Shown here one piece after another: positions 1 through 12,443 of a stretch of 64,000 bases of DNA. Made by a program: the position numbers and the translations under genes. Position 1 is the first letter of the stretch. Each line of letters begins with the position of its first letter. The notes under the pieces are model-generated. The model did no database searches. It was not told the DNA's origin and was given only the letters and a program-made list of their open reading frames with translations. This stretch comes from Octopus sinensis (Eukaryota), in assembly GCF_006345805.1 (NCBI RefSeq), contig NC_043018.1:9486001-9550000 (forward strand). Reading direction: 5' to 3'.

Positions 1-204
1 ATTTATGTATTGGTTTATGTCTATCACTGTTTGAGTTGTCTAATAGTGGTTTTATCTCTAATTCATATTTTATATATTTATACTGTGAATTTGATTTAAT
101 ACTAAATCTAATTTTTCCCTGTAAGTTTGGAGCCATACTCCCTAATATTATTATTACATATGTATGTGTGTGTATATATATATATATATATATTTATTTT
201 ATAG

Positions 205-263
205 AAGGAGCTTCTACAGGACTAGAACTGTTTCATTCAAATGAAATCATCAGGAAGCTTCCT
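205..263 (-). ncRNA. Mirror copy of the same hammerhead-like motif on the minus strand
   Basis: Follows directly from the perfect palindrome 192-323. Confidence 0.65.
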
Positions 264-310
264 GATGATTTCATTTGAATGAAACAGTTCTAGTCCTGTA
301 GAAGCTCCTT
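252..310 (+). ncRNA. Type I hammerhead ribozyme-like motif (PLE pLTR type)
   Basis: Stem I AGCTTC 256-261 / GAAGCT 301-306; core CTGATGA 262-268; stem II TTC-attt-GAA with U.U closing pair; GAAA 281-284; stem III ACAG/CTGT; GTA triplet, predicted cut after 300. Confidence 0.7.
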
Positions 311-388
311 CTATAAAATAAATTAATTTACTCTGCTATGTATTGAGTACCTTATTTACTGTGGTTAACCCCGACTCAACCCGGGACC

Positions 389-450
<62 letters not shown>

Positions 451-458
451 CACATATA

Positions 459-1337
459 TATCGGTTGGTAAGAAAGTTCTTGGACATTTTTAACTTATCA
501 CTTTATTAACAATTACAAAAACAACAAAGAGCAATCAATCAAAAAGGTAATCACCCTCATAATCGTTCATCTTTTGCCATCTTTCAGGCAAAGTTTTGAA
601 TCTCTCAGAAATCACCTGATTTTGAATCAATAAAGTTGTAAAGGAACGATTTCACATCTTCTTTGTTTTCGAACTCTGTATCACCAATCGTGCATTGCAA
701 GGCAGAGAATAAGTGGTAGTCAGAAGGGACAACGTCAGGAGAATACGGTGGGTGCACCATAATCTCCCAGCCCACCTCCTTCAGCTTCTCTGATGTCTTC
801 TTTGTATGATGTGCTGGCACGTTGTCTTGGTGGTAAATTATCTTCTCCAAATTTGAGTGTTTTTCAGCCAGTGTGATCTTTAGATGGTCAATTTGTTTGC
901 AGTAGACATCCTTGTCAATGGCAGTATTGCATGGGAGAAGATCCAACATAATCACTCCACGGTGATCCCACCAAACTGAGATCATAACCTTCTTTTGCAC
1001 AAGTGGTCCTTTTGGCAAAGGTTTTGGCTGTTGACCTTTGCTACACCAGGGTCGTCTGCGCCTCACAGAGTACAGTACCCACTTTTCATCCATAGTGATT
1101 ACTGACTCCAACCGATCGAATCTTTGGCTTCGCCAGAGCAGACTTTGACATGCAGGGACACGTGCTTGTTTGTTCCCTTCAGTCAATTCATGTGGCACCC
1201 ATTTTCCAGGCTTGCTGTCCATGCTGAGTCTTTATATAGTCACAACAGACACGCTGGCTGCTCCTGATTGGTTGGCGATGCTGATTGGTTGCAGGATTGA
1301 AGGCTTGGTTGTCTAAGAACTTTCTTACCAATGTAAT
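459..1337 (-). mobile_element. Mariner element with internal deletion (N-terminal HTH region missing)
   Basis: Inverted repeats TTGGTAAGAAAGTTCTTGGACA (~465-486) and TGTCTAAGAACTTTCTTACCAA (1310-1331) in TA-rich flanks; only ~90 bp between the right TIR and the WVPHEL codons. Confidence 0.9.
605..1222 (-). pseudogene. Mariner DD34D transposase, catalytic part only
   Basis: WVPHEL, ITMDEKW, HQDNVPAH and PPYSPDVVPSDY motifs; C-terminus (LPERWQKM) continues in a shifted frame. Confidence 0.92.
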
Positions 1338-1454
1338 ATATATATATATATGCTCATATACATACACACACACTTATGCAATGTGTGCATGCATGTATAT
1401 GCATGTGTGTATACATGCATATATATATGTGCATATATATATGGCACGTGAAGC

Positions 1455-1736
1455 ATTCGAGAGAGGTCGTCACCAGTGCCGCTGGACTGGCTCTTGTGCA
1501 GGTGGCACATAAAAAGTACCATTTGGGGGTGGCTGTTGCCGGTACCACCAAACTGGCCCTCGTGCCAGTGGCACGTAAAAGCACCCACTACACTCTCAGA
1601 GTGGTTGGCGTTAGGAAGGGCATCCAGGTGTAGAAACTCTGCCAGATCAGATTGGAGTCTGGTTCGCCAGACCTCAGTCAAATCGTCCAACCCATGCTAG
1701 CATGGAAAGTGGACGTTAAATGATGATGATGATGAT
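1455..1736 (+). mobile_element. Family A: LINE (RTE-type) 3'UTR-like repeat ending in (TGA)n; minus-strand copies at 7401-7775 and 8124-8370
   Basis: Shared GTGGTTGGCGTTAGGAAGGGCATCCAG...CCAACCCATGCTAGCATGGAAAG..GGACGTTAAA(TGA)n in three copies; the RTE assignment is inference from the tail. Confidence 0.6.
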
Positions 1737-2490
1737 ATATACATACATGTATATATCTATGTGTGTGTGTCTTTGTGTTCATGTTTGTCCCTGTCACCAT
1801 CACTTGACAATTGGATGAGGTGTGTTTATATCCCTGTAACTTAGCAGTTCAGAAAAAGTGTCTGATTAAAATAATTACTAGTCTTACAGAGAATAAGTCC
1901 TGGGGTCAATTCCTTCGACTAAAAAAACCCCTTGGAGGCAGTGCTCCAGCATGGCTGTAGTTGAATGACTGAAACAAGTAGAGGAATAAAAGAATAAAAG
2001 GCTACCCACCTGCATATACACATCCAAATCTCCATGCTACTAAACTTGTCATTAAAAGCCATTAAATAAGTAGGAAGCATGTGAAATAAAAACAAAGGGT
2101 GTGTATATAAAACAGCCTATACAAAATACAATTTCTATGGTAACCACAAAGGTGAAGCACTTGATAATGGGTGGACTGGGAACAGGTGAGTGGATTGAAT
2201 TGGTTCAAGTTTTTATTTAAGCTAACCAGGTGTTTAATTTTGAGTATTTACTTAATGACTCTGTCACATCTGCCAGTGGAGGATGGGCCCTGGACTATGT
2301 ATGTATATATATGAAACAATCAGTACTTTAGTAAGTGTAGGGATAGTCTATGGCTTACTGAGGAGGTCACTATAAGTTTAAAATATGTGTTGAGTTGTCT
2401 CCCATACCTGTTGAAATAATATGAGGCACTGGTTGAACCAGGCTTGGACACACATGGTGCTGCCACCACCAACAACAATGCAATTAGCAT

Positions 2491-2650
2491 TCTTTTATTT
2501 GTTTCAGTCATTTGACTACGGCTATGCTGGAGCACCGCTTTTAATTAAACAAATCGATCCTAGGACTTACGCTTTATAAGCCTAGTATTTATTCCATTGG
2601 TCACTTTTGCTGAACCACTAAGTGACGGGGATGTAAACACAGAAAAATTT

Positions 2651-2682
<32 letters not shown>

Positions 2683-2816
2683 GATGGGCTTCTTTCAGTT
2701 TCTGTCTACCGAATCCATTCACAAGGCTTTGGTTGGCCCAAGGCTATAGTAGGAGACACTTTCCCATGGTGCCACACAGTGGGCCTGAACCCAAAACCAT
2801 GTGGTTGCCGCCACTG
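2491..2816 (-). mobile_element. Family B tRNA-derived SINE, 5'-truncated, with long TSD
   Basis: Matches the full copy at 55327-55732; flanked by CCAACAA(C/T)AATGCAATTAGCAT at 2469-2490 and 2817-2838 (21/22). Confidence 0.85.
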
Positions 2817-3229
2817 CCAACAATAATGCAATTAGCATATTCGTGTTTGTAACCACTGGAACCAAATCCTAAACAACGACAACAACATCAACAATAATAA
2901 TTAAAACGATTCTTTCTACTTTTACCACAACTTCAGTAGTTGTGAGGGAAGGGAGAGTCAATTTTATTGACTGAAGTGCTCAACTGGGGTCATTGTAATT
3001 GACCTTCCTTCCTCTCAATATACTTTAGGGAGTAAAACTCTGTAGTGATGGTATAACTTACAAATGGCAGTTTTTAGTTTTGAGGACATATATCTTGCAG
3101 GACTGATAATGAAAGGAAATAGATATTTTAAGGAAATAGATATTTTTATTTTCAAAATAAATATTTATTTCATCATTTTGTATAAACAGCAAGAAATTTG
3201 ATAAGAGTTGAATAATAATTATTGTTTGT

Positions 3230-3645
3230 AGTGTGGTAAGCTGGCAGAATCGTTAGCATACCTGGCGAAATGCTTAGTGGTATTTCGTCTGCCGTTGCAT
3301 TCTGAGTTCAAATTCCGCCAAGGTCGACTTTGCCTTTCATCCTTTCGGGGTCAATAAATTAAGTACCAGTTACGCACTGGCGTCGATATAATCGACTTAA
3401 TCCGTTTGTCTGTCCTTGTTTGTCTCCTCTGTGTTTAGCCCCTTGTGGGTAGTAAAGAAATAGATATTTCATCCATCTGAACATTCTGAGTTCAAATTTC
3501 ACCAAGGTTGACTTTGCCTTTCATCCTTTCGGATTCGATTAAACAAGTACCAGTTACGCACTAGGGTCGATGTAATCGTCTTAATCCCTTTGTCCTTGTT
3601 TGTCCCCTCTATGTTTAACCTCCTGTGGCCAATAAAGAAGTAAAC
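3230..3645 (+). mobile_element. Two nested family C SINEs (C1 tail type)
   Basis: A-box-like TGGCAGAATCGTTAG, B-box-like GAGTTCAAATTCC, central GTCGACTTTGCCTTTCATCCTTTCGGGGTCGAT, tail CCCCTTGTGGG..TAAAGAAAT; outer TSD AATTATTGTTTGT at 3217-3229 and 3646-3658. Confidence 0.85.
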
Positions 3646-3743
3646 AATTATTGTTTGTGTGCCTTAATATTAGCGGAACCCCCAAAATATCAGATGGTAC
3701 AATCACATTTCCAACAAAGAACTGCATGTACATATGCATCAAC

Positions 3744-4010
3744 CCACAGCCTCCCACATCATAGCTATCCATCACATGCTGCTATGGACACGACCTCCGT
3801 CTCCTGCTAGGTCATCCTACCAGGACTTAACTCTCATTCAACGCAGCAGTTGCGTGCTGGAAGAGGCCTTGTGGCAGGCCCCGCACCAGATGGTTGGTCA
3901 TCATTGGGGACGATCTCCAGAGGCTTGACTTCACCCTGGAGGTTGCAGAGGAGCTGGCACGGGACCACTAGCAATGAGGAGCATTAGGAGACCTGGTCAG
4001 CTCTGTGACT
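3744..4010 (+). pseudogene. RTE-clade LINE ORF C-terminal remnant
   Basis: Manual translation WKRPCGRPRTRWLVIIGDDLQRLDFTLEVAEELARD with stops; typical RTE RPRGRP..RW..DL terminus. Confidence 0.7.
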
Positions 4011-4549
4011 ACTAACTTGGAATGACCCCAGCCACATTAACCCATTAAATGAAACAAGCAAGTACCATAATATACTGCTAGTAACCCATAATAGCAAAAG
4101 AATACTGCCAACATTATTCATCATATGATGAGTAAGTTTGGAAATATATAACTTTTGTTAAAATGATAGTATTCAATAATTGCCCAAAATTGTATTTTTT
4201 CTCAGCCTATAATTATTTTTAATTATCTTTTTAATACCTCTTGTGTTTAATTAATTAAACTAATTCATGTAAGTATCTATCTGTGTCAATCTTACCACAG
4301 TTATTTCAAACAAACTTGGTTCAACGCTGTTTTGTGCGACATTACTTTTTCTTAATTCTAGATTGACCAAGCATTACACCCATCAGCAAATGTTCTGTTT
4401 ACTGTTTTTAAAAGATAGTATTCTATTCTTGAGCAAGCAGCTGAGTTGGTTATGTAGCGAAGAAAGCAGAGCAATGCAGAAACACGTGTCTTGTGGTCTA
4501 TTGCCGTTACGCACAGCCCAAAACAAAATATGTATTTACAAATGTCTCG

Positions 4550-4800
4550 GTGAAATCACATGGCTTAGTGGTTAGGGTGTTCAGCTCAAGATTGTAAGGT
4601 CATGGGTTCGATTTCCAGTGGCATGCTGTGTCCTTGAGCAAGACACTTTATTTCACATTGCTCCAGTCCATTCATCTGGCAAAAATGAGCTGTACCTGCT
4701 ATTCAATGGGGTAGCCATGTTACATTCTATGTCCTGCTGAATCTCCCTGAGAACTATATTAAGGGTACAAGTGTCTGTGGAGTACTCAGCCACTTGCATG
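4550..4800 (+). mobile_element. Family G tRNA-derived SINE (related decayed copy ~9515-9720)
   Basis: TGGCTTAGTGGTTAG (A box), GGTTCGATTTCC (B box), then GTGTCCTTGAGCAAGACACTT central-domain-like motif. Confidence 0.7.
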
Positions 4801-4832
4801 TTAATTTCATGTGTACCTGTAGTAGAAGGGAC

Positions 4833-4877
<45 letters not shown>

Positions 4878-5185
4878 TAGTTTTATTTTTATAGCATGCT
4901 TTCACTTCACTACCAAGTGCAGCTCTGTGTGCCTTGGGTGTGTGCTGTGGTTTGCTGTGGTGCTCTAATGGTTACTGTATTGAAAGTGTTTTGCGTAGGA
5001 TGTGTGCAGTGCCCAATAGTGCAATTTTCTATATGTTATATGTGTTTGTAAGTCCTGGTGTTTTTGATATGTATTTGTCTGAATATTTTTTTATCATACC
5101 TAATGCACCTATTATGATAGGAATTGTTTCTGTTTTTAGATTCCACATTCGAGTTACCTCTATTATTATTATTATTATTATTATT

Positions 5186-5406
5186 AAGGCGGCAAGCTGG
5201 CAGAATCATTAGAATGTTGGGCAAAATGCTTAGTGGCATTTCATCTATCTTTACATTCTGAGTTCCATTTCCACCGAGGTCAACTTTGCCTTTCATCCTT
5301 TCGGGGTCGATGAAATAAGCACCACTTATGCACAAGGGTTTATGCAATTGATTTGCCCCCTTCCCCAAAATTTCAGCCCTTGGACCTATGGAAGAAAGGA
5401 TTATCA

Positions 5407-5441
<35 letters not shown>

Positions 5442-5620
5442 GTTATTAAGGTGGCAAGCTGGCAGAACTTTTAGCACACCGGGTGAAATGCTTAGCAATC
5501 ATGCCACCTTTCATCCTTTTAGGGTTGATGAAATAAGTACCAGTTGAGTACTGGGGTCGATACAATCGACTTTACCCCCTCCCTCAACATTTCAGGCCTT
5601 GTGCTTATATCGGAAATGAT
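5186..5620 (+). mobile_element. Two tandem family C SINEs (C2 tail) separated by (TAT)n
   Basis: Repeated AAGGCGGCAAGCTGGCAG heads and GGCCTTGTGCCTAT...AGAAAGGATTA tails. Confidence 0.8.
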
Positions 5621-5798
5621 TATTGTTATTATTAATTATGAAGTTACACCAGTAACAAAAAAGGTAAATATAAAAGGAGAAAAGGGCTCTCTACCCCCTG
5701 TTTTGACCAGGCTCTTGTGGCTTTTATGGGTTTTTCCACGAGTATCCTTTCGAAGCACCTCCCCCTATTGGGAGTTTTTACTTGTTATATTTTCACTG

Positions 5799-6260
5799 TT
5801 ATCTTGAATTTTTACGCAACATCCTATATGTCTTGCTTTCTAGTACTTTACTAGGTTTGTATTCATACCATTTATCAGTATGTTCAAATCCTAGCTTTCT
5901 ACAAAGCTCCCAGTGGATTACTCTCCTTAGATTGTCATGTCTTTTCTTGTATTCTTTCTCTGCCAGCATGCTACATTCACTTACTATATGAGTAATACAT
6001 TCCTCTTTTGATTTGCATAATCTACATTGGGAATCTACTTGGTTTTTGTCTATTTTGGATTTTATCCAATTAGTCCTTAATGCTTGATCTTGTGCAGCTA
6101 CTAACAAACTTTCTGTCTCCCTCTTTCTGCAGCCATAACCGTGTCTCACAACTACTATTTGCTAGAACTATCTTTGGGAATCTACCATGTAACGTTTTCT
6201 CCTGTCAGTCAGTTAATTTCTGTTCTTTTTTCTGGTTTTTATGTTCGTTTGGTGTTTTGT
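5799..6260 (-). pseudogene. R4/Dong-like (RLE-type) non-LTR retrotransposon C-terminal remnant
   Basis: ETESLLVAAQDQALRTN followed by zinc knuckle CRLC..EECITHIVSEC and EYKKRHD..IHWELC. Confidence 0.8.
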
Positions 6261-6519
6261 TTCCCTCTCTTGCTGTGACTCTTCACTTACATTGGAGGAA
6301 GATTAGAGAAGAGAAAAAGCTAGAACTGGGAGAAGAACACTGTAGAGAAAAAGAAAGAAGAGGGTAAACAAGAAGAAAAGTAAGACAAGTCTCTACAATT
6401 ACCACAACATATTTTTTTTTCACTCTAGCAGCTTTTAATAAACTTTCTTCACTATTACCTATATAGGAGTCTATATTCTTCTTCTTCTTCTTCTTCTTCT
6501 TCTTCTTCTTCTCCTCCTC

Positions 6520-6554
<35 letters not shown>

Positions 6555-7137
6555 TATTATTATTATTAAGGTGATGAGCTGACAGAATTAGTAGCACACT
6601 GGACAAAATGCTTGGTGGCATTTCTTTTATCCTTTCGAGGCTGATAGAATAAATACCAGCTGAATTCTGGGGTTGACATAATCGAGTAGGCCCTTCCCCA
6701 AAATTTCAGGCCTTGTGCCTATAGCAGTCAATAATATATTAACACTAGTCTACAGAAATATCTGTCAGTTTGTCTCTCTCTTATCACAAAAGTATTTCCT
6801 GTTAACTTGTAATATTCTATTATAGATATTAACACTAACTTCACGGTCACTCATGTCTATCTCTCTCTCTCTCTCTCTCGTCTCTCTCTCTTGTCTCTCA
6901 CTCTCTCTCTTTTGCCTTCCACTCCTCATCCTCTCTCAATGTCTATCTCTTCATCTTTCACTTTTGTATGTGTTAACACTAACTTAACTGCCTCTGTTCT
7001 CACTCTCTCTCTATCTATCTATCTATCTATCTATTTATCTATCTATCTATCCATCTCTCACTTTTGTATATGTTAACACTAACTTAACTGTCTCTCCCTC
7101 TCTATTGTCTCTGTCTCTCTCTCACTTGATTTCATTC

Positions 7138-7171
<34 letters not shown>

Positions 7172-8810
7172 CACATACTTCTAGTTACCATATTTGATAG
7201 CAGATAAGGCACATTTTGTTCCCCAAATTTTCTCAAAACAATCCCCCACCCCACATCCTATATGCAAATTTGAGCCTATTTTTTCATGCTTTAATGCACT
7301 AACAACTAATTTTAACCCCCTGAATATGCGCTTCTGAAATTGGGGTGCATCTAATATTTCCATGTGTCTTTTATGTCATCAAATGATCCTCTATTCAATA
7401 TCATCATCATTATCATCATCGTTTAACGTCCGCTTTCCATGCTAGCATGGGTTGGACGATTTTGACTGAGGGCTGGCGAACCAGATGGCTGCACCAGGCT
7501 CCAATCTTGATCTGGCAGAGTTTCTACAGCTGGATGCCCTTCCTAACGCCAACCACTCCGAGAGTGTAGTGGGTGCTTTTTACATGCCGCCGGCACGGGG
7601 GCCAGTCAGGTGGTATTGGCGATGACCTCGCTCGAATCTTTTTACACATGCCACCGGTACAGGTGCCAGTAAGGCGACGTTGGTAACGATCACACTAGAA
7701 TGGTGCTCTTTTACGTGCTCTGGCAACGATCACGCTCGGATGGTGCTCTTGGCACCCTACTAGCACGGGCACAGGGATATATTGATTTCAAATTTTAGCG
7801 CAAGGCCAGCTATTTTGGGGGAGGGAATAAGTCGATTACATCAACCCCAGTACTCAACTGGTACTTATTTTATCGACCCCAAAAGAAATGAAAGGCAAAA
7901 GTCAACCTTGGTGGAATTTGAACTCAGAACGCAGAGATAGGTGAAAGTCTGCTAAGTAATGCTTTTGCCAGTTGGCCATATCAGTCTATTAAATAAATAT
8001 AAAAAGTGAAATGAACCCTGGCATGATTTGAACTCATAACACAATATTAACAGCATCTCTTCCACTGTTCAACATTATTTTTTTCATATTCCTACTAATA
8101 TAAGCACTTCTATGTCATATAACATCATCATCATCATCAACATCTGTTGTCCATGGGTTGGATGGTTTGACTGGACTGACACACTGGAAGGCTACACCAG
8201 GCTCCAGTCCGATTTGGCATGGTTTTCTACAGCTGGATGCCCTTCCTAATGCCAACCACTCCGGGAGTGTAATCAGTGCTTTTATGTGCCACCAGCATGG
8301 GTGCCAATTTGTGTGACACTGGTATCTGCCATGACTGTGATTTTGCTCAGCTTGACGGTTCTTCTTCTCATATATATATATATTAGATATAATGGTGTCA
8401 TTGAGACCCAAAGGTGTCAGGTAATGCTGAATAAGTGCTATAGACAGACCATAGTTAAGTTCCAGACCTAGTAATTTTGCGAATAAGGGGTTCAATGTTA
8501 GTTCTATGTCAGCATGTGTATATATAAGAGAGGACAAATCTCTGTCCAATCATCTCTGTATATCACTGATGTGATGAGGATGACTTGGAAGATTGTAAGG
8601 CCTCATGGTAGAAACGGCTGTAAGGAATTTGTATCTGGCCACTCATCTATTATTATTCATTCATTTCTATATCTGTTTATGTATTTATTGGCTGATCTCA
8701 TTCATTTACTTGTACCACTTAACACATGTTTGTTATCATCTAATAGCTATAATGGAATGTATACTGGCAGATGTTTGTTGATTTTATATCCTTTCCATTT
8801 TCTTATTTGC

Positions 8811-8905
<95 letters not shown>

Positions 8906-10220
8906 TATATATATATATATATAATATATTATGTGTGTGTGTGTGTGCATATGCATATATATTTATATGTGTGTATCTTTGTATCTGTGTTTGTTCCCCC
9001 ACCATCACTTGACAACCGATGTTGGTGTGTTTATGTCTCTGGAACTTAACGATTTGGCAAAAGAGACCTATAGAATAAGTACTAGGCTTAGAAAGAATAA
9101 GTCCTGGGTTTGATTTCTTTGACTAAAAACCCTTTAAGGTAGTGTTCCAGCATGGCTTCAATGAAAATTACTGAAACAAGTAGAAGAATAAAATAATATA
9201 TCTGCATGTACAATCATGTTTAAAATATTCATGTGCATTTGGATGTGGGAAAACCTTTCACTGCAGAAATAGGCTCAGGAAAAACTTCTTCCACAAGACA
9301 TATCACTGGGTTATGAAAGATGCCATCAGATTGTAGGACATATGTATTTCTGCATTGTTATGCTTTGTCAGCAATGAATACAGAATCAGTTCTTCACAGT
9401 GCTATAAAGAACATCAAATACCATGCAATATATTTCATATATGTCATACACCTCATAGCCATAAGCTGACAGAGGCCATACTGCAGTTCACAAAGCTACT
9501 ATATGTAACTCTTGTAGACGTGGTTAAGGTGTTGGGTTTAGGAGCATAAGATTGTGGTTTCAATTCCTGCACTTGGTGATGTGGTGTGTCCTTGAGAAAA
9601 ACACTTCATTTCACATTCCTCCAATCCACACAAGTGGCATAAATGAGTAATCCTCTGACTGACTAGCATCCCATCCAGGAGATAATATACTCACCACAGA
9701 GACCAGGACTGGCCTATGAGTCTATATGACTCAGAAAAGAGTTTTTTTCTCTATCTATATACGTCTCCTGAGAGATAACACTAGGTTTTGGAGCTATTTA
9801 TCCTAAAACAGCTCTAACATCCTACCAGCCAGATTTTAAGGAATTAAAAGCCAAAAAATGAAGACTAAACGAAAGACTTTAACGAGGTAAAGATTATTCA
9901 ATTCATTTTAGCAAGTAAAGCTCTGTAGCGATGTCTAATTAACTAATGGCAATCTTTGGTTTTAAGGAGATGTATCTGCAGGGCTGGTAATTTCAATTAA
10001 AACAAACTGGGGGAAATACAAGATTAAGCTTGGGGTACCCGAAATAAGTGAAACAAATATGTAAATGCTAAAAAGCCATTTATTAAGTGCCATTAAATAG
10101 AAATATATTAATTTAATGTTCTCTTCAATTAAATCTTTCAAATTTATTTTTATAACTTCTTGGAATGCTTCCAATTTCATTATTGTTGTTATTGTTGTCG
10201 TTCTTCTTTTTCATCACCAT

Positions 10221-10252
<32 letters not shown>

Positions 10253-10909
10253 CCATCATCATCATCATCGTCATCATATATCATCATCATTATCACCTTC
10301 TTCTTTTAATTATTATTATTATTATTATCATTATTATTATTATTACTACTACTACTGTTTATTCACTTAACCTCTCTTGATTTAGCGATGTCACATCTAA
10401 GCTCCCCTCCTGCAGCTTAGAGACGCAACACTTTTCCTTCCTTCAACACATGAACCGTTCCAAGTAATGCCACCAACTGAACACTTCCTAAGAAGTGTAG
10501 CAGCATTTCACTTCTCTTAACATTCTGAGTTCAAATTCTGCCGAGATCATCTATGCTTTTCGATCCTTTCAGGGTCGATAAAATAACTGTCAGCTGAACA
10601 CTGGGGTCGATGTAATCAACTCCCTACTCCATGCAGAATTGCTGGCCTTGAGCCAAAATTAGAAAGAATTATATATCTTTGGTGAATTGGCAGAATTGTT
10701 AGCATGCTGAGCAAAATGCTTAGTGACATTTCATCTATCTTTACATTCTGAGTTCAAATTCCACCACAGTCAACTTTCAATCCTTTAGGGGCCAATAAAA
10801 TAAATATCAGTTGTATACTGGGGTTGAGGTAATTGACTTGCCCCATTCCCCAAAATTGCTGGTCTTGTACCAAAATTTGAAATCATCATCATCATTGTCA
10901 TGATTATTA

Positions 10910-10948
<39 letters not shown>

Positions 10949-10970
10949 TATTATTATCATCATCATCACT

Positions 10971-12134
10971 GAGTGAGAGACCATCACATGCCATCAAAGT
11001 GACACTGGGGTAAAATATACGAAGCCCAGTATACCCATCATGACTACCCATCTGATAAGGGTACACTAGGCACATGCATCACAACCATATGTGTGCGACA
11101 TGGTGATCTTATATCAAGATAAACAGCACACGATCTTGTGGGTGGGGCCCAGTTAGAATTTTCTTCTGGTCGAGTAACCCATTCCGCTCAAAAGGTCCCT
11201 GAATAAGGGCACACATACAGACAGACATTTTGCCGTTTATATATAGAGAGATGATGAACAAAACATTGCTTTCATACTTACAGGCCTTTCCTACTTACTA
11301 TTACAACTTCACTTTTGAAAGAAAACCGATGCTATTAAAAAAAAAGAAATTAAAACATTTAATAAATAAAAATAAACATAAAAAACTAACGAGTTATTAA
11401 ATTGATTAATTAATACATTATTAATTATTGACTTTTTATGCATTTACATATTTGTTCTGCTTACTTAGGACATCCAAGATCACCTTACTTAAAACCTTTT
11501 GCTTGTTTCAGTCATTTGGATGTGGCCATACTGGAGCACTGCCTTGAAGGGTTTAGTTAAATAAATCACACTCTGATGCTTATTCTTTAAATGTAGCGCT
11601 TATTTTATTGGTCCTTTTTGCTGAACTGCAAAGTTATGGAGAGATTGAAAAAAAACAGCACCAACTGGCATACAGGCACACAGGCTCGCACACATACATG
11701 CATGCACACACATACATGCATGCACACACATACATGCATGCACACACACATGCACATAAACATTCATGCAGGCACACACGCACAACCAAAAACATACACT
11801 CATACACACACTCAAACATACACACACATGTGAACAAAACACCCATGTTTCCAGAGGTGAATTATTCAAACCCCAAAGAATCCATCTCAACACATGGCTA
11901 TGATGCTCCCCCACTACTTCTGCTCATGATCAGAGATGCACATATTGTCAGCAACTAAGGGACATGCTCAACTGGTTATGGTCAAACAACTGACAAGCAA
12001 ATCTGTGGTATTGAGCAGAATATTTGCTGTAGCCCATCTTTTATACCAAGACAAAACAATGTACATGATAACACTTCCAATCAGTTAAGATCAGAAGCCA
12101 TGAGAGCCACTGCCCTGGTACTGCATCAGGGCAT
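10971..12134 (+). mobile_element. Family E repeat (bounded by (TAT)n) carrying a ~620-bp templated insertion at 11210-11830
   Basis: Colinear with the uninterrupted minus copy at 19990-20590 on both sides of the insertion. Confidence 0.85.
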
Positions 12135-12137
12135 TTA

Positions 12138-12174
<37 letters not shown>

Positions 12175-12191
12175 TTATTATTATTATTATT

Positions 12192-12443
12192 GAGTGAGAG
12201 AGCAATGCATGCCATCAAAGTGACACTGGGGTATAAATACACGAAGCCCAGTATCTCCTATCAAGATTACCCGTCTGATAAGGGTACACCAGACACATGC
12301 ATCACAACCATATGTGCACGACATGGTAACCTCATATAAAGAAAAGCAGTGCATGACCTTGCAGGTGAGGCCCAGCTAGAATTTTCTTCAAGTTAAGTTG
12401 CCCATCCTGCTCAAAAGGTCCCTGAATGAGGATTATTTAAGAA
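12192..12443 (+). mobile_element. Second, tandem family E copy interrupted by a Helitron
   Basis: GAGTGAGAGAGCAATGCATGCCATCAAAG start after (TAT)n; resumes as TGATGAACAAAAC after 12811. Confidence 0.8.

Larger units (their letters stand above)
192..323. repeat. Perfect 132-bp palindrome (66-bp arms, no spacer, centre AAG|CTT at 257/258)
   Basis: Base-by-base: 192-257 is the exact reverse complement of 258-323. Confidence 0.97.

Noticed and set aside
605-1222. Domesticated mariner gene (SETMAR-like)
   Set aside because: Enclosed by TIRs, N-terminus deleted, C-terminus frameshifted, no SET domain.
8514-9008. ORFs rich in YI/CV/HT/LS dipeptides here and at 40169-40700, 50901-51202, 56450-57546, 58230-58780, 59254-59845
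   Set aside because: Translations of (TA)n, (CA)n, (GA)n and (TCTA)n microsatellites; no coding signal.
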